Counted from the stretch's first letter, positions 53,402 to 63,937 are shown. The stretch is DNA of 64,000 nucleotides from Acidimicrobiales bacterium (GCA_020630065.1 JAHDCC010000001.1:111566-175565); one strand, 5' to 3'. The notes: generated from the sequence alone by a model not told the origin. Numbers and translations are program-made.

Positions 53402-55606
53402 GTGGATGACGTACCGGAGCTTCCTGTCGAAGAGGCCGCCGACGATATTCGTAGCGTCCGGCTAATGCCCTATCTTTCTGCAGCAGCCATGGCGCTGTTG
53501 TCGGTTGTGATGTGGTGGGGTGTACGGTCGAACGAAGTTCAACAGGCCGAAATGCTCCAGCGCCAACAGGTTGAATCTGAACGGGTGGTCTTGCAGGACC
53601 GTCTTGAGCAGGTAGAAAGGTCATTCGATCAGATCGAGGCCGGTATCGCCGTCGACGGTGTCGAGTCAGAGAATACTCGAACGGCGATCGACGAACAAGC
53701 GTCACGATTCACCCAGTTCGCGATCATCCAGTCCTCGGGAGCCGAACGGTTAACGTTAGCGTTTGCCGCCGATGACTTTAGACCATTTGCTGACGCAGTA
53801 GATGCGGGAGCCGTGTTCGATGAATCGAGTTCCGGTACTTCGGTTGTCTCAGAAGTTTCAAACGCATCAACGATGGTGGCGATGAGCAAACCTCTTCCAG
53901 CTTTGGATCAAAATGATAGTCAGCCTTCTACCGCCGTTGTTGCGGTTGTTTCTCTCACCTCCAGGTCGGTGGCCGAAGAGCTGGCGTCATCGTCAAACCC
54001 CCGGTTCATAGTTGAAGTAGACGGATCGCAAATAACGACGGACAACGGCGAATCAGGAACGAACCCGTCTGCAGAACGGGTCGTTTTTCAGGTTGGGGCA
54101 CGTCAATGGTCGATTACTCCTGTAGGCACGACAACGACGGCTTCTCACCTAGGGTCTAACGTTTTGTGGGCTGCCGGGGTGGCGTTAACCACACTGGTGT
54201 TTCTGATCCAGCGTCGACATCAAGCCGACAGCGAAACCCACGACGAGTTGTTACACAGCTTTTACCGATTGACCGACCCAGTGACGGGATTCCTCAACGC
54301 AGAAGGAGTCCAGAAAGAGTTGGACACCAGAATCAAGAGGCGTCATCGTGGTGGTCAGGTCGGTGTTTTGTTGTGCAATATCGATCGATACGAGTCCATC
54401 AAAAAGGGTCTGGGGCCTTCGATGGCCGACGACGTTGTCCGTATGACCTTTGCCAGGATTCAATCCTTGTTGGGCGGAAGCGACTCGTGCGGTCGATTCG
54501 GTGAATCTCAAGTCCTAGTAATGTCAAACGGTTTGCCCGCAGTCAATGATCTTGAAAATCTGGCACAGGAAATATGTCGAGAATTCGCTGACCCGCTGGA
54601 ACTGTCTGACGGAACAATCTGTCATATCTCGTTTACCATCGGGATTGCGCTAACTCGGTCGAGTGATACTTCGGCAGCATCGCTGTTATCTGATGTGTCG
54701 TCGGCCCAAGGCGCAGCGGTAAAGCACGGTGGCACGAACTATTTTGTCTTCTCGGAGGAACAACGTCTCGAAGAGGCTGTGCGTAGCGGCCTGGTAAACG
54801 AGTTGTTAGGAGCGGTTCGCAATCACGAGCTGACCGTTCACTATCAGCCCGTCGTTCGCGTCGGAGCCGCAGCAGACGACACGCTTCCGGTCGACAAGGT
54901 CGAGGCCTTTGTTCGCTGGCCCCACCCAGTACGCGGCATGGTTCATCCAGGTGTTTTTTTGCCGCTCGCCGTGGAAGCAGGAGTGGATCTCAAAGTAGCT
55001 GAGATGGTCTTGACCGACGCGTGCCAACACGCGCTTGTATGGTCTGAACTGGCTGGCCGCCCAATTACCGTTGTCGTCAACGTAGGTGAACGACAACTCG
55101 TAGACCTGCGACTTGTGGGCGTTGTTCGAGAAGTGTTGCGCGGTACTGGTCTCGCCGCGCATCAACTAGAGCTCGACATACCCGAAGAGCTTCTACTTCG
55201 AACGAACGTCGGAACACAGGAAGTGATGCAACAACTGACGAGGGCAGGAGTGAAGATCTCGTTGGACGACTTCGGTGCTTCTAGTGGGTCGTTACAGAAA
55301 TTGGCGGCAGCGACGATCATCTCGACCGTAAAAATTGATCAAGCGTTTGTCGACGATATCGCCACGAACGAAGTCAACCAGAAAGTGATCTCGGCGGTAG
55401 TTTCCATGGCTCAACAATGCGAAATTAGTGTCGTCGCCGAAGGGGTAGAAACAATAGCTCAGGTCGAAGCTTTGTATCAGCTTGGAGTGAAAGAGCTTCA
55501 AGGTTTCTTCTTCAACCGGCCTGGAGCAGCTGAAACTATTAGCGACCAGCTAGAGGAGGGTCCGCTCGTGCATCTCGCCCACGAAACCAACCCTCACACT
55601 CGCTAG
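53402..55606 (+). CDS. Membrane sensor protein with a degenerate GGDEF domain and an EAL domain (probable c-di-GMP phosphodiesterase)
   Basis: Two TM helices bracket a ~210-aa extracytoplasmic region. The GGDEF site reads GRFGESQ. EAL-domain motifs are present (HYQP, DDFGAS, KIDQAFV, AEGVET, LQGFFF). Confidence 0.85.
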   Translation: MDDVPELPVEEAADDIRSVRLMPYLSAAAMALLSVVMWWGVRSNEVQQAEMLQRQQVESERVVLQDRLEQVERSFDQIEAGIAVDGVESENTRTAIDEQASRFTQFAIIQSSGAERLTLAFAADDFRPFADAVDAGAVFDESSSGTSVVSEVSNASTMVAMSKPLPALDQNDSQPSTAVVAVVSLTSRSVAEELASSSNPRFIVEVDGSQITTDNGESGTNPSAERVVFQVGARQWSITPVGTTTTASHLGSNVLWAAGVALTTLVFLIQRRHQADSETHDELLHSFYRLTDPVTGFLNAEGVQKELDTRIKRRHRGGQVGVLLCNIDRYESIKKGLGPSMADDVVRMTFARIQSLLGGSDSCGRFGESQVLVMSNGLPAVNDLENLAQEICREFADPLELSDGTICHISFTIGIALTRSSDTSAASLLSDVSSAQGAAVKHGGTNYFVFSEEQRLEEAVRSGLVNELLGAVRNHELTVHYQPVVRVGAAADDTLPVDKVEAFVRWPHPVRGMVHPGVFLPLAVEAGVDLKVAEMVLTDACQHALVWSELAGRPITVVVNVGERQLVDLRLVGVVREVLRGTGLAAHQLELDIPEELLLRTNVGTQEVMQQLTRAGVKISLDDFGASSGSLQKLAAATIISTVKIDQAFVDDIATNEVNQKVISAVVSMAQQCEISVVAEGVETIAQVEALYQLGVKELQGFFFNRPGAAETISDQLEEGPLVHLAHETNPHTR

Positions 55607-55617
55607 CCGTCAAATAA

Positions 55618-56013
55618 CTATTCTTCTTCGTCGGTGTCGGCGGATTCTGCCTTGGCCGAAGCGTTGCGTTGGACAAACCCCATGCGTAGCTGATGTAACC
55701 CGTCTTTGAGAGTGGGTTCGGCTTCGCCCAATTTACCTTCGAGACCTTCGACTAAAGCGGCGAGCGCATCGATAGCCAGCTTTGTCTCATCGAACTTTGG
55801 TGGCTCAGCCGTCAGGTGAATTGCAGCGAGCTCATACAGCCCAAAACAATGGTTTGCGACCACGGTGGAAACTTCTGTCTCCATGAGCCGTACTCGGGTG
55901 TCGGCAAGTTCTTTCGCCATCTCTCGAGCCTGTTCCTCCTGCTCTGGGGTCAGGGGAGGTTGTTCCGAAATCGCGTCGTTCGCTACCGATGTTTCGCCTT
56001 CTGAGTTTGTCAT
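55618..56013 (-). CDS. DUF1844 domain protein
   Basis: Acidic 131-aa protein with VVANHCFGLYELAAIHL, characteristic of DUF1844. It is commonly found next to infC in actinobacteria. Confidence 0.7.
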   Translation of the reverse strand: MTNSEGETSVANDAISEQPPLTPEQEEQAREMAKELADTRVRLMETEVSTVVANHCFGLYELAAIHLTAEPPKFDETKLAIDALAALVEGLEGKLGEAEPTLKDGLHQLRMGFVQRNASAKAESADTDEEE

Positions 56014-56357
56014 AGAGGTCTAACCTATCAACTGGTCTCGTCGGAGTAACTTCGGTTCAGCGGAGAATATTGTAAAGTCGGCAGACGTTTACCGAACGTG
56101 TTCGATTTGTCTCCTTCTGCTTTAGTAGGCCTTGGACACAAATGCTGTTACCCTGAGGTAGTCACATGAAGAGGGTCCAACCCCACCAAGCCATATTTTG
56201 GATCAACTAGATCTGAAACAAATGAGCTTAGGTCCATTGAGAAAAACCGGGTGTAACCAATCCTGGTTTTGTTCAAGAAGCCCCGGTCGGCTCTCTTTGT
56301 TTGGCACCACACCATTCGAAAACAAGGAGAATGCATCTGCATGAGGGGTGAACAGTC

Positions 56358-56990
56358 ATAGCTAGGCCACCAGAGCCACGGATTAATGAACGTATCCGTG
56401 CCCGCGAGGTCCGAGTAATTGGTCCAGAAGGCGAGAAGTTTGGGGTAACACCACTACCTCAAGCGTTGACACTCGCGCGAGATTTAGATCTCGATCTAGT
56501 AGAGGTAGCCGAAGACGCTCGGCCACCGGTCTGCAAGATCATGGACTACGGCAAACACAAGTACGAAAATGAGCAGCGGGCTAAAGAAGCTCGCAAAAAA
56601 GCCAGCAACGTCGTAGTCAAAGAGATGAAGTATCGCCCAAAGATTTCAAGCGGCGACTTCGAAACAAAGACTCGTAAGGTCGAAAAGTTTTTAGGTAACG
56701 GTAACAAGGTCAAAATAACCATCATGTTCCGTGGCCGAGAGGTGACACACCCCGAGTTGGGTCGTAAGATCCTCGACGACATTGTTGCCCGAGTGGACGA
56801 CTACGCCCAAGTTGAGGCTTATCCCCGTTTGGATGGGCGCAACATGACTATGGTGTTGGGTCCTGATACCAAGAAAAAGAAGAAATTACAGCAGCAACAG
56901 CGTCAGCAGGCAAAGAAGGCTGAGGCGGAGTCTGCAGCGGCAGCCGAAGCAGAACAAGTCCCAGAATCTGAGACGACGCCTGCCGAGTAA
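56358..56990 (+). CDS. infC: Translation initiation factor IF-3 (non-canonical ATA start)
   Basis: IF-3 homology (IARPPEPRINERIRAREVRVIGPEGEKFG) begins upstream of the first canonical start. An in-frame TGA lies at 56349-56351, ATA at 56358, and the SD-like GAGGGGTG at 56343-56350. Confidence 0.85.
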   Translation: MARPPEPRINERIRAREVRVIGPEGEKFGVTPLPQALTLARDLDLDLVEVAEDARPPVCKIMDYGKHKYENEQRAKEARKKASNVVVKEMKYRPKISSGDFETKTRKVEKFLGNGNKVKITIMFRGREVTHPELGRKILDDIVARVDDYAQVEAYPRLDGRNMTMVLGPDTKKKKKLQQQQRQQAKKAEAESAAAAEAEQVPESETTPAE

Positions 56991-57066
56991 CGTCGCAGTT
57001 GAAACAGTCGAAAAACCCGAAAACCTTATCCAAGAACCGGACTGAGGTAAGCAGGTAGGAGTAAGT

Positions 57067-57261
57067 ATGGCAAAAATGAAAACCCACAAAGGTGCTAAGA
57101 AGCGCTTTAAGGTGACCGGGACGGGCAAGCTAAAACGTCGCAGTAAAAACCTTAATCACTTCCTGGAGAAGAAGTCCAGCAAGCGGAAACGTCGTCTCAG
57201 TGGCGAGTCAGTTGTATCCGACGCGGATACTCCACGCATCAAGCGACTTCTGTCTAGCTGA
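57067..57261 (+). CDS. rpmI: 50S ribosomal protein L35
   Basis: [18 protein letters not shown], 64 aa. Confidence 0.95.
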   Translation: MAKMKTHKGAKKRFKVTGTGKLKRRSKNLNHFLEKKSSKRKRRLSGESVVSDADTPRIKRLLSS

Positions 57262-57306
57262 TTTAGACCGGTCAAAAGAACGAGAAAAGAATAAGGGAGT
57301 TACAAA

Positions 57307-57666
57307 ATGGCACGAGTAAAGCGCGCCGTTCACTCAAAGAAGCGTCGTAAAGCGACGCTGAAGAAGGCGAAGGGCTACTACGGCAATAAGAGCCGGACCC
57401 TTCGTTCAGCGAACGAACAGGTAATGCACTCAGGGAACTACGCGTTCCGCGACCGTCGGGCCCGTAAAGGCGAATTTCGTCGACTTTGGATCCAGCGAAT
57501 CAATGCTGCGTGCCGCGAAAATGGCACCAGCTACAGCCGGTTTATCAATGGTTTGAAGAACGCGGAAATCGAAGTTGATCGGAAGATCCTCGCCGAGTTG
57601 GCAGTAAGCGACCCGGCAGCGTTCTCAGCGTTGGTGGAAGCAGCATCGTCTGCTGAGGCTGCGTAA
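57307..57666 (+). CDS. rplT: 50S ribosomal protein L20
   Basis: [15 protein letters not shown]...AKGYYG and [15 protein letters not shown]. Confidence 0.95.
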   Translation: MARVKRAVHSKKRRKATLKKAKGYYGNKSRTLRSANEQVMHSGNYAFRDRRARKGEFRRLWIQRINAACRENGTSYSRFINGLKNAEIEVDRKILAELAVSDPAAFSALVEAASSAEAA

Positions 57667-57680
57667 GTAGTTCGCTTCTT

Positions 57681-58484
57681 GTGAACGAACTTTTATCGAG
57701 TAAGAATCATCACCTCAAACGTTTGAGGAAACTGGTTCAACAACGAAAGGCCCGCTCTGCCGAGCGGGTCTTTGTTGTGGAAGGACCCGTACTGGTCGCC
57801 GAAGTTCTGGCGTCTGACGTCGAAGTAACCGACGTGTTTGTTGGTCTGGAATCAAACGAAGACGCCTCAGAATTCCATCATATTTTGGCGGCCGCCCGGT
57901 CCGAAGATACACCAGTCCGATACTGTCGGGCTCACGGCTTAGTGTCGGCCCTCGACACGGTCAGCCCTCGTCCAGTAGCTGCGGTTGTTGTTCAACCAGA
58001 CTATGAGCTTGACGATATTGATCTGTCTCGACCGGTTCTTGTTCTGGTAGATGTGCGCGACCCAGGCAATGTCGGAACGTTGGCGCGAACCGCTGAAGCG
58101 TCCGGGTGTAGCGGAGTGATTGTTGCGGGCACATCGGCTGACGTGTGGAGCCCTAAGGTCGTCCGTGCAGCGGCGGGTTCAATCTTTCGGCTGCCCACAA
58201 TGGTCGAACCAGACGTGGTGAGCGTTTTAGCCGCACTGGAACAACAAGGCCGAATGGTAGCTGCTACCGTCTTGTCAGAATCCGCAACCAACTACGAATC
58301 GGTAGATCTGACTCAGGCCGCGATCGTGATCGGAAACGAAGCTCACGGCCTTTCTCCGCAGGCACTGTCGGCTTGCACCCATCAGATAACTATTGCCCTT
58401 GACGGGCCGACCGAATCCTTAAACGCAGCTACGGCGGGAGCTGTTGTATGTTTCGAAGCGCTACGACAACGCCGCGAACAGTAA
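57681..58484 (+). CDS. TrmH/SpoU-family rRNA/tRNA 2'-O-methyltransferase
   Basis: DVRDPGNVGTLARTAEA, IVIGNEAHGLS and ESLNAATAGAV. It sits in the conserved position between rplT and pheS. Confidence 0.85.
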   Translation: MNELLSSKNHHLKRLRKLVQQRKARSAERVFVVEGPVLVAEVLASDVEVTDVFVGLESNEDASEFHHILAAARSEDTPVRYCRAHGLVSALDTVSPRPVAAVVVQPDYELDDIDLSRPVLVLVDVRDPGNVGTLARTAEASGCSGVIVAGTSADVWSPKVVRAAAGSIFRLPTMVEPDVVSVLAALEQQGRMVAATVLSESATNYESVDLTQAAIVIGNEAHGLSPQALSACTHQITIALDGPTESLNAATAGAVVCFEALRQRREQ

Positions 58485-58604
58485 TACGGTGGCCCGCGGT
58501 CAGGAACGGTTGTTACCATGAGGCATCGATGTTTGTGTTCGACGAAGACTCGGTTAAGACCGTCTGTTACCGGGGTTTCGAACTAGAGTGGTACGTGAAT
58601 TCTT

Positions 58605-59603
58605 ATGCTTGATGATCTAAAAAAACTCGAGTCAGAAGCGGTTGAACACATCGATTCGACCACTACCACCACTGAGCTGAATGCACTGTCGGCATCCCTG
58701 CTGGGCAAGTCGGCGCCAATCAACGCAGCCAAGAAACAGCTGGGTTCGTTGGAACCTGAACAACGTAAAGACGTTGGGCGGGCACTAAACGAAACACGGA
58801 ACCGTATTGTCACCGCTATGGAAGACAAACGAGCGTTGCTGGCGGCTGCGGAACGTCGGGTCCAGCTTGAAGCTGAACAGCTCGACCTGACCGAAGTGCC
58901 GACAACGACCTCGATCGGTCACGCCCACATTGTGACGCAAGCGTGGGAGGCATTGGAAGACACCTTCATCGGGATGGGATATCGAGTTGCCGAAGGTCCT
59001 GAGGTTGAAACCGACTGGCACAATTTTGATGCTTTAAACATCCCGCCTGGTCACCCGGCCCGGGATGGGTTTGATTCGATGTACGTCGACTACGGCAAAA
59101 CCGGTTCAACGTTGCTTCGCACCCACACCTCACCGGTACAGATCCGGACAATGCTTGATCAAGATCCCCCAATCTATATCGTCGCTCCGGGCCGGGTCTA
59201 TCGACGCGACACCGCAGATGCGACCCATATGCCGGTATTCCATCAGATCGAAGGGCTCGTGATCGACAAAGGTATCTCGTTAGCCGATCTTGCTGGCACG
59301 ATCGAAGCGTTTACCCTCAACTATTTCGGTCCTGGTTTCACCTCACGATTGCGTCCGAATTACTTCCCATTTACCGAACCTTCGGCCGAGTTCGATATAC
59401 AACGTCCTGATGGATCGTGGCTTGAACTGGGTGGATGTGGAATGGTTCACCCGAATGTGCTACGAGCGGGAGGCATCGACCCAGAAGAGTGGACTGGGTT
59501 TGCGTTCGGTTTCGGTATTGACCGTCTCGCCCTAATGAAGTTCGGGGTGGATGACCTCCGCGAACTCTACAACAACGACATGCGTTTCTTACGCCAGTTT
59601 TAA
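58605..59603 (+). CDS. pheS: Phenylalanyl-tRNA synthetase alpha subunit
   Basis: HPARD, LLRTHTSPVQIR, FHQIEG, FPFTEPSAE and GFAFGFGIDRLAM. Confidence 0.95.
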   Translation: MLDDLKKLESEAVEHIDSTTTTTELNALSASLLGKSAPINAAKKQLGSLEPEQRKDVGRALNETRNRIVTAMEDKRALLAAAERRVQLEAEQLDLTEVPTTTSIGHAHIVTQAWEALEDTFIGMGYRVAEGPEVETDWHNFDALNIPPGHPARDGFDSMYVDYGKTGSTLLRTHTSPVQIRTMLDQDPPIYIVAPGRVYRRDTADATHMPVFHQIEGLVIDKGISLADLAGTIEAFTLNYFGPGFTSRLRPNYFPFTEPSAEFDIQRPDGSWLELGGCGMVHPNVLRAGGIDPEEWTGFAFGFGIDRLALMKFGVDDLRELYNNDMRFLRQF

Positions 59604-59670
59604 GTGTCTGTGCCCGTTAGTCCGTTACCGCTGGCTGCTGATAGCTAGTCTGTGTGAAAGTGTTAGATCT

Positions 59671-62040
59671 GTGAAAGTCCTCCTGTCGTGGATGCAAGAG
59701 TTCGCCCCGATTACCGGTGAGCCTGAAGAGATAGCCCGCCAACTCACCGATTTGGGGATGGTGGTCGAAGAGACCAGCGTCGTAGGCGCGTCCCTCGATG
59801 GGGTAGTCGTCGCCAAAGTGTTGGAGCTTGCTCCTCATCCTCAGGCCGACCGAATTCAGCTGGTCCAGGTCGACGCCGGTGATGGTGAACCGCTGCAAAT
59901 CTGTTGCGGCGCATTCAACATGTCGGTCGGGGATCTTGTACCTCTGGCCACAATTGGGATGACGATGCCAAACGGTATGGAGATCGCCCAACGTAAAATG
60001 CGGGGTGAACTTTCAAATGGAATGCTCTGCGCGGCATCCGAAATCGATTTACCAGAAACCGACTACGACGGCATTCTGATACTTGACTCGTCGTTGAACG
60101 TCGGCCAACCGCTCGGTGAGGCGTTAAACCAGAAATCTGATGTGTTGTTCGATCTCGATATCGAAGGCAACCGTCCAGACGCTCTTTCAATAGTGGGTGT
60201 AGCGCGCGATTTAGCTGCCCGGTTGAACGTGCCGTTTACACAACGTTCGCCTGAGTTCGATGAGTCTTCAGAGACCACTGAAACGGTGGCGTCGGTTACG
60301 ATAGAAGATCCGGTGTTCTGTCCTCGTTTCGGTGTTCGAGTTCTCCGAGACGTCCAGGTAGGGGAGTCCCCTGACTGGATGCAGCAGCGACTCGATGCAG
60401 CCGGGATGCGTCCGATCAACGCCATCGTTGATATCTCCAACTATGTGATGCTTGAACTGGGTCAGCCAAACCACTCCTACGATCTTGACAAAGTTCCAGA
60501 CGGTTCGTTGGTGGTGCGCCGAGCGACGCAGAATGAAGAGCTAGTCACGCTCGATGATACAAAGCGGTCGTTGATCGAAGCCGACGGGGTGATCTCGAAT
60601 ATCGCTGGTGAAGCGATTGGATTGGCCGGTGTCATGGGTGGTCAGTCGACCGAAATCAGCACCGAGACCACCAACGTTGTGGTTGAGGCCGCTGTTTGGG
60701 ATCGTATGCCGATTGCGTGGACGGCGCGCCGACTAAACCTGAGGTCTGAAGCGTCAACCCGGTTCGAACGCGGAGTGGATCCGCTTGGGATCGAACGAGC
60801 GTTAGACCGGTTCGCCGAATTAGCGGTCGAGATCTGCGGTGCCACAGTGTTGGCGGACACCATAATCGCCGAGGGTGCGTTCAACCCGACCGAGGCGGTT
60901 CTGGTCCGGCTGGAACGCATAAACCTGATTCTTAACCTTGACCTCGACGCGTCGACCGTCGTCTCAATTCTGGAGCCCATCGGGTTTTCCGCAGTCGACA
61001 ACACCGATGGGACGTTGTCAGTCTCGATCCCGACATGGCGTCCTGACGCCAGCATCGAAGAAGACATTATCGAAGAGATCGGCCGTCACTACGGCTATCA
61101 GGCTTCCGGTGTGCGGGTGCCGACACCAACCCAAGCGGGTGAACTATCAGCGGCCCAACGCAGTCGCCGAAAATTGCGTCGAGCGTTCTTAACAAACGGC
61201 TACTCGGAAGCGATGCCGCTGCCGTTCATCGCCCAATCCGATCTGGAACATATCGGCAGCTCGGCTGAAGCTATTTCTATCTCACATCCTTTGGTGGCCG
61301 AAGAATCACTTCTTCGCCCGACGATGATGCCGGGTTTGTTAAAAGCGGTTGCCTATAACCAAACGCACCGAATCGACGCGGTCCAACTTTTCGAAGTTGG
61401 CAAAGTTTTCTTGCCCGGAGGCGAAGACCTTCCAGAAGAGCCGGAGATAGTGGCGGCGGTAGCTAGCGGCTACTCGCCGTCGGACAAGGCGGCAGAACAG
61501 GCAGTCAAACTCATATACGACGTCGCCGCTCGGCTCGGCTTGACTGGACTGACAATCAAAAACGATTCGGTTGAAGGTCTCCACCCGAACAGGAGCGCAT
61601 CGGTCACGTTCCGGGGTCGAGTAATCGGCGCTGTTGGTGAGGTCGACCCTGGGGTTTCGGAGCAGTTTGGTATCGCAGGCCGAGTCGCATGGTTGGAGCT
61701 TCGAACCGAAACGATTTTGGCTGCTATGGCATCGACCCCGAAATACACACCGATTTCTCGGTTCCCGTCGAGCGACGTAGACCTGGCATTCGTTACCTCT
61801 ACTGACGTGTCAGCGGTTGATGTTGCTCGAACTATTAAAAAAGCGGGGGATGGAGTAGTCCAATCTGTGGAGCTGTTCGACGTGTTCCGCAGTGATGAAT
61901 TAGGACACGATGTTAGGTCCTTGGCATATAATCTTCGACTCCAAGCATCCGACAGAACCCTTAAAGAAGCTGAAGTTGCAGACATTCGAAACGCCTGCAT
62001 CGAAGCTGTTAGTAAGGCCCATAACGCCGAGCTTCGCTAA
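59671..62040 (+). CDS. pheT: Phenylalanyl-tRNA synthetase beta subunit
   Basis: VKVLLSWMQEF N-terminus, tRNA-binding domain, and B3/4, B5 and FDX-ACB domains. GTG 59671 was chosen over the extended 59551 start, which overlaps pheS. Confidence 0.93.
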   Translation: MKVLLSWMQEFAPITGEPEEIARQLTDLGMVVEETSVVGASLDGVVVAKVLELAPHPQADRIQLVQVDAGDGEPLQICCGAFNMSVGDLVPLATIGMTMPNGMEIAQRKMRGELSNGMLCAASEIDLPETDYDGILILDSSLNVGQPLGEALNQKSDVLFDLDIEGNRPDALSIVGVARDLAARLNVPFTQRSPEFDESSETTETVASVTIEDPVFCPRFGVRVLRDVQVGESPDWMQQRLDAAGMRPINAIVDISNYVMLELGQPNHSYDLDKVPDGSLVVRRATQNEELVTLDDTKRSLIEADGVISNIAGEAIGLAGVMGGQSTEISTETTNVVVEAAVWDRMPIAWTARRLNLRSEASTRFERGVDPLGIERALDRFAELAVEICGATVLADTIIAEGAFNPTEAVLVRLERINLILNLDLDASTVVSILEPIGFSAVDNTDGTLSVSIPTWRPDASIEEDIIEEIGRHYGYQASGVRVPTPTQAGELSAAQRSRRKLRRAFLTNGYSEAMPLPFIAQSDLEHIGSSAEAISISHPLVAEESLLRPTMMPGLLKAVAYNQTHRIDAVQLFEVGKVFLPGGEDLPEEPEIVAAVASGYSPSDKAAEQAVKLIYDVAARLGLTGLTIKNDSVEGLHPNRSASVTFRGRVIGAVGEVDPGVSEQFGIAGRVAWLELRTETILAAMASTPKYTPISRFPSSDVDLAFVTSTDVSAVDVARTIKKAGDGVVQSVELFDVFRSDELGHDVRSLAYNLRLQASDRTLKEAEVADIRNACIEAVSKAHNAELR

Positions 62041-62146
62041 CGGTTTTGATAGAAGCTTTGACAAAGCGTGTCGTAACTTTATGTCTCCTGAGCAAATCGT
62101 CGATTGAGATAGGCATTTGGTCTCTGAATAAGGCATAGTTGGTCAT

Positions 62147-63937
62147 ATGACTGCTTCTGAAACAGATCTGACCGCCTCCGATATCACGTGGGATCTCGAA
62201 ACGCTTATATCCGACGCCGGGTCAGCAGACGCTCTGCTGGTTGAAGCCCAGGCGATCGCTGACGATATCGAAACATACAGAGGTAAGGTGGCGTCGTTGG
62301 ACGGTCCTGGTTTGGCTGACCTGATGACCCAAATGGGTAAGGTCAACGAGCTTGTGAGTCGGGCCGGGCACTACGGCATGCTCAAGTTCTCCGAAAATAT
62401 GGGAGATGCTGAACGAGCGGCCGACATGCAACGTATCCAAGAGCAAGCGACCGTTTTAAGCACTGGTCTCGTATTTGTCGAGTTGGAATTCGCAGCAGCA
62501 GATGATGATCATGTGGTTGAGGTTCTGAGTCATGAGCGGCTAGATTTCTGCCGTCACTATCTGGAAAATCTGAGACGTAACCGTCCGTTTCTGCTCAGCG
62601 AACCTGAAGAGAAAATCCTGATTGAAACGTCGGTCAGTGGAGCTAACGCATGGGTCAGGCTCTTCAGCGAACAAACATCGGCGATCACGGTTGAATCACC
62701 GGCCGCCGAAGGCGAAATGGTGTCTTTGGAGGAGGGCCTGTCAGCGTTACAAAGCCCTGACCGGGATATACGGGCAAAAGCTTCTGATTCTGTGACCGCC
62801 GGTCTAAAGCCAGGTTTGAAGAACCGGGCGTTTATTTACAACACCCTTTTGTTGGACAAGTCGGTTGACGACCGTCTCCGCGGTTTTGACACGTGGCTTT
62901 CTAGCCGAAACCTGTCGAACGAAGCGAGCGACGAATCGGTAAACGCCTTGATCGAGGCGGTTGTGTCTCGTTACGATATTCCTCAGCGATGGTACCGACT
63001 TAAAGCCAAAGTGTTGGGTATGGAGGTGCTGGCGGATTATGACCGGATGGCGCCAATCGCTTCTAGCGACAGCAAAGTGGGTTGGGCTGAGGCGACCGAG
63101 ATAGTTCGTGACGCGTATAATTCGTTCTCACCTGAGTTGGCGGACGTTATTGGCGAGTTCATAGACAACGGATGGATCGACGCTCCGATCAGGCCCGGCA
63201 AGCAGCCGGGGGCTTTCTGCGCCTATACCGTGCCGTCTCATCACCCGTATGTGCTGTTGAACTGGACGGGTCGTCACCGTGACGTGTTGACGTTGGCTCA
63301 CGAGCTGGGTCACGGAGCGCATGCTTATCTGTCCCGCAAGCAAGGGATCTTCCATCACAGCACGCCGTTGACGTTAGCCGAGACGGCTTCGGTGTTTGGT
63401 GAAACCGTTACCAATAAACGTTTGGTGAATCAGATGGATGACCCGTTGGCGAAATTCTCGTTGTTAGCGTCAACGGTTGATGATTCTATCGCCACCGTTT
63501 TCAGACAGATTGCAATGAACCAGTTCGAAGACTTGTGTCATAACAGTCGTCGTAACGACGGCGAAATTTCGGTTGACCAGTTCGGTGAGTTCTGGATGCA
63601 AACTCAACGAGACATGGTGGGCGATTCGGTTGAGTTGACTGACAATTATTCGTCGTGGTGGTCGTACATTCCGCACTTTATGGGGACGCCAGGCTACGTC
63701 TATGCCTACGCTTACGGTCAGCTTTTGGCGCTGTCGGTTTATGCCCAATTTGAAAAGAGCGGCGACGAGTTCGTTCCCGCCTACCTTGAACTGTTGAGCG
63801 CCGGTGGTTCAATGGCGCCGGAAGACCTTGCGTCGATCGTCAACTGTGACCTGGCCGACTCAAAGTTTTGGAGCGCCGGGTTAGAGATCGTTGACCAACA
63901 GCTGGCCGAAGCCGAAGCGGCATCAGAACTAATCTGA
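62147..63937 (+). CDS. M3B-family oligoendopeptidase (PepF-like)
   Basis: HELGHGAH zinc motif plus a downstream E (ETASVFGE); length and layout are typical of PepF/M3B. Confidence 0.88.
   Translation: MTASETDLTASDITWDLETLISDAGSADALLVEAQAIADDIETYRGKVASLDGPGLADLMTQMGKVNELVSRAGHYGMLKFSENMGDAERAADMQRIQEQATVLSTGLVFVELEFAAADDDHVVEVLSHERLDFCRHYLENLRRNRPFLLSEPEEKILIETSVSGANAWVRLFSEQTSAITVESPAAEGEMVSLEEGLSALQSPDRDIRAKASDSVTAGLKPGLKNRAFIYNTLLLDKSVDDRLRGFDTWLSSRNLSNEASDESVNALIEAVVSRYDIPQRWYRLKAKVLGMEVLADYDRMAPIASSDSKVGWAEATEIVRDAYNSFSPELADVIGEFIDNGWIDAPIRPGKQPGAFCAYTVPSHHPYVLLNWTGRHRDVLTLAHELGHGAHAYLSRKQGIFHHSTPLTLAETASVFGETVTNKRLVNQMDDPLAKFSLLASTVDDSIATVFRQIAMNQFEDLCHNSRRNDGEISVDQFGEFWMQTQRDMVGDSVELTDNYSSWWSYIPHFMGTPGYVYAYAYGQLLALSVYAQFEKSGDEFVPAYLELLSAGGSMAPEDLASIVNCDLADSKFWSAGLEIVDQQLAEAEAASELI

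Noticed and set aside
56148-56342. 64-aa minus-strand ORF in the infC leader
   Set aside because: It has no SD and an odd composition. It sits in a region better explained as the infC 5' leader or the divergent promoter region.
59551-59670. Extended 5' start of pheT given by the ORF track
   Set aside because: The extension overlaps pheS and encodes C/S/T-rich non-homologous residues. The canonical PheT N-terminus (VKVLLSW) begins at GTG 59671.
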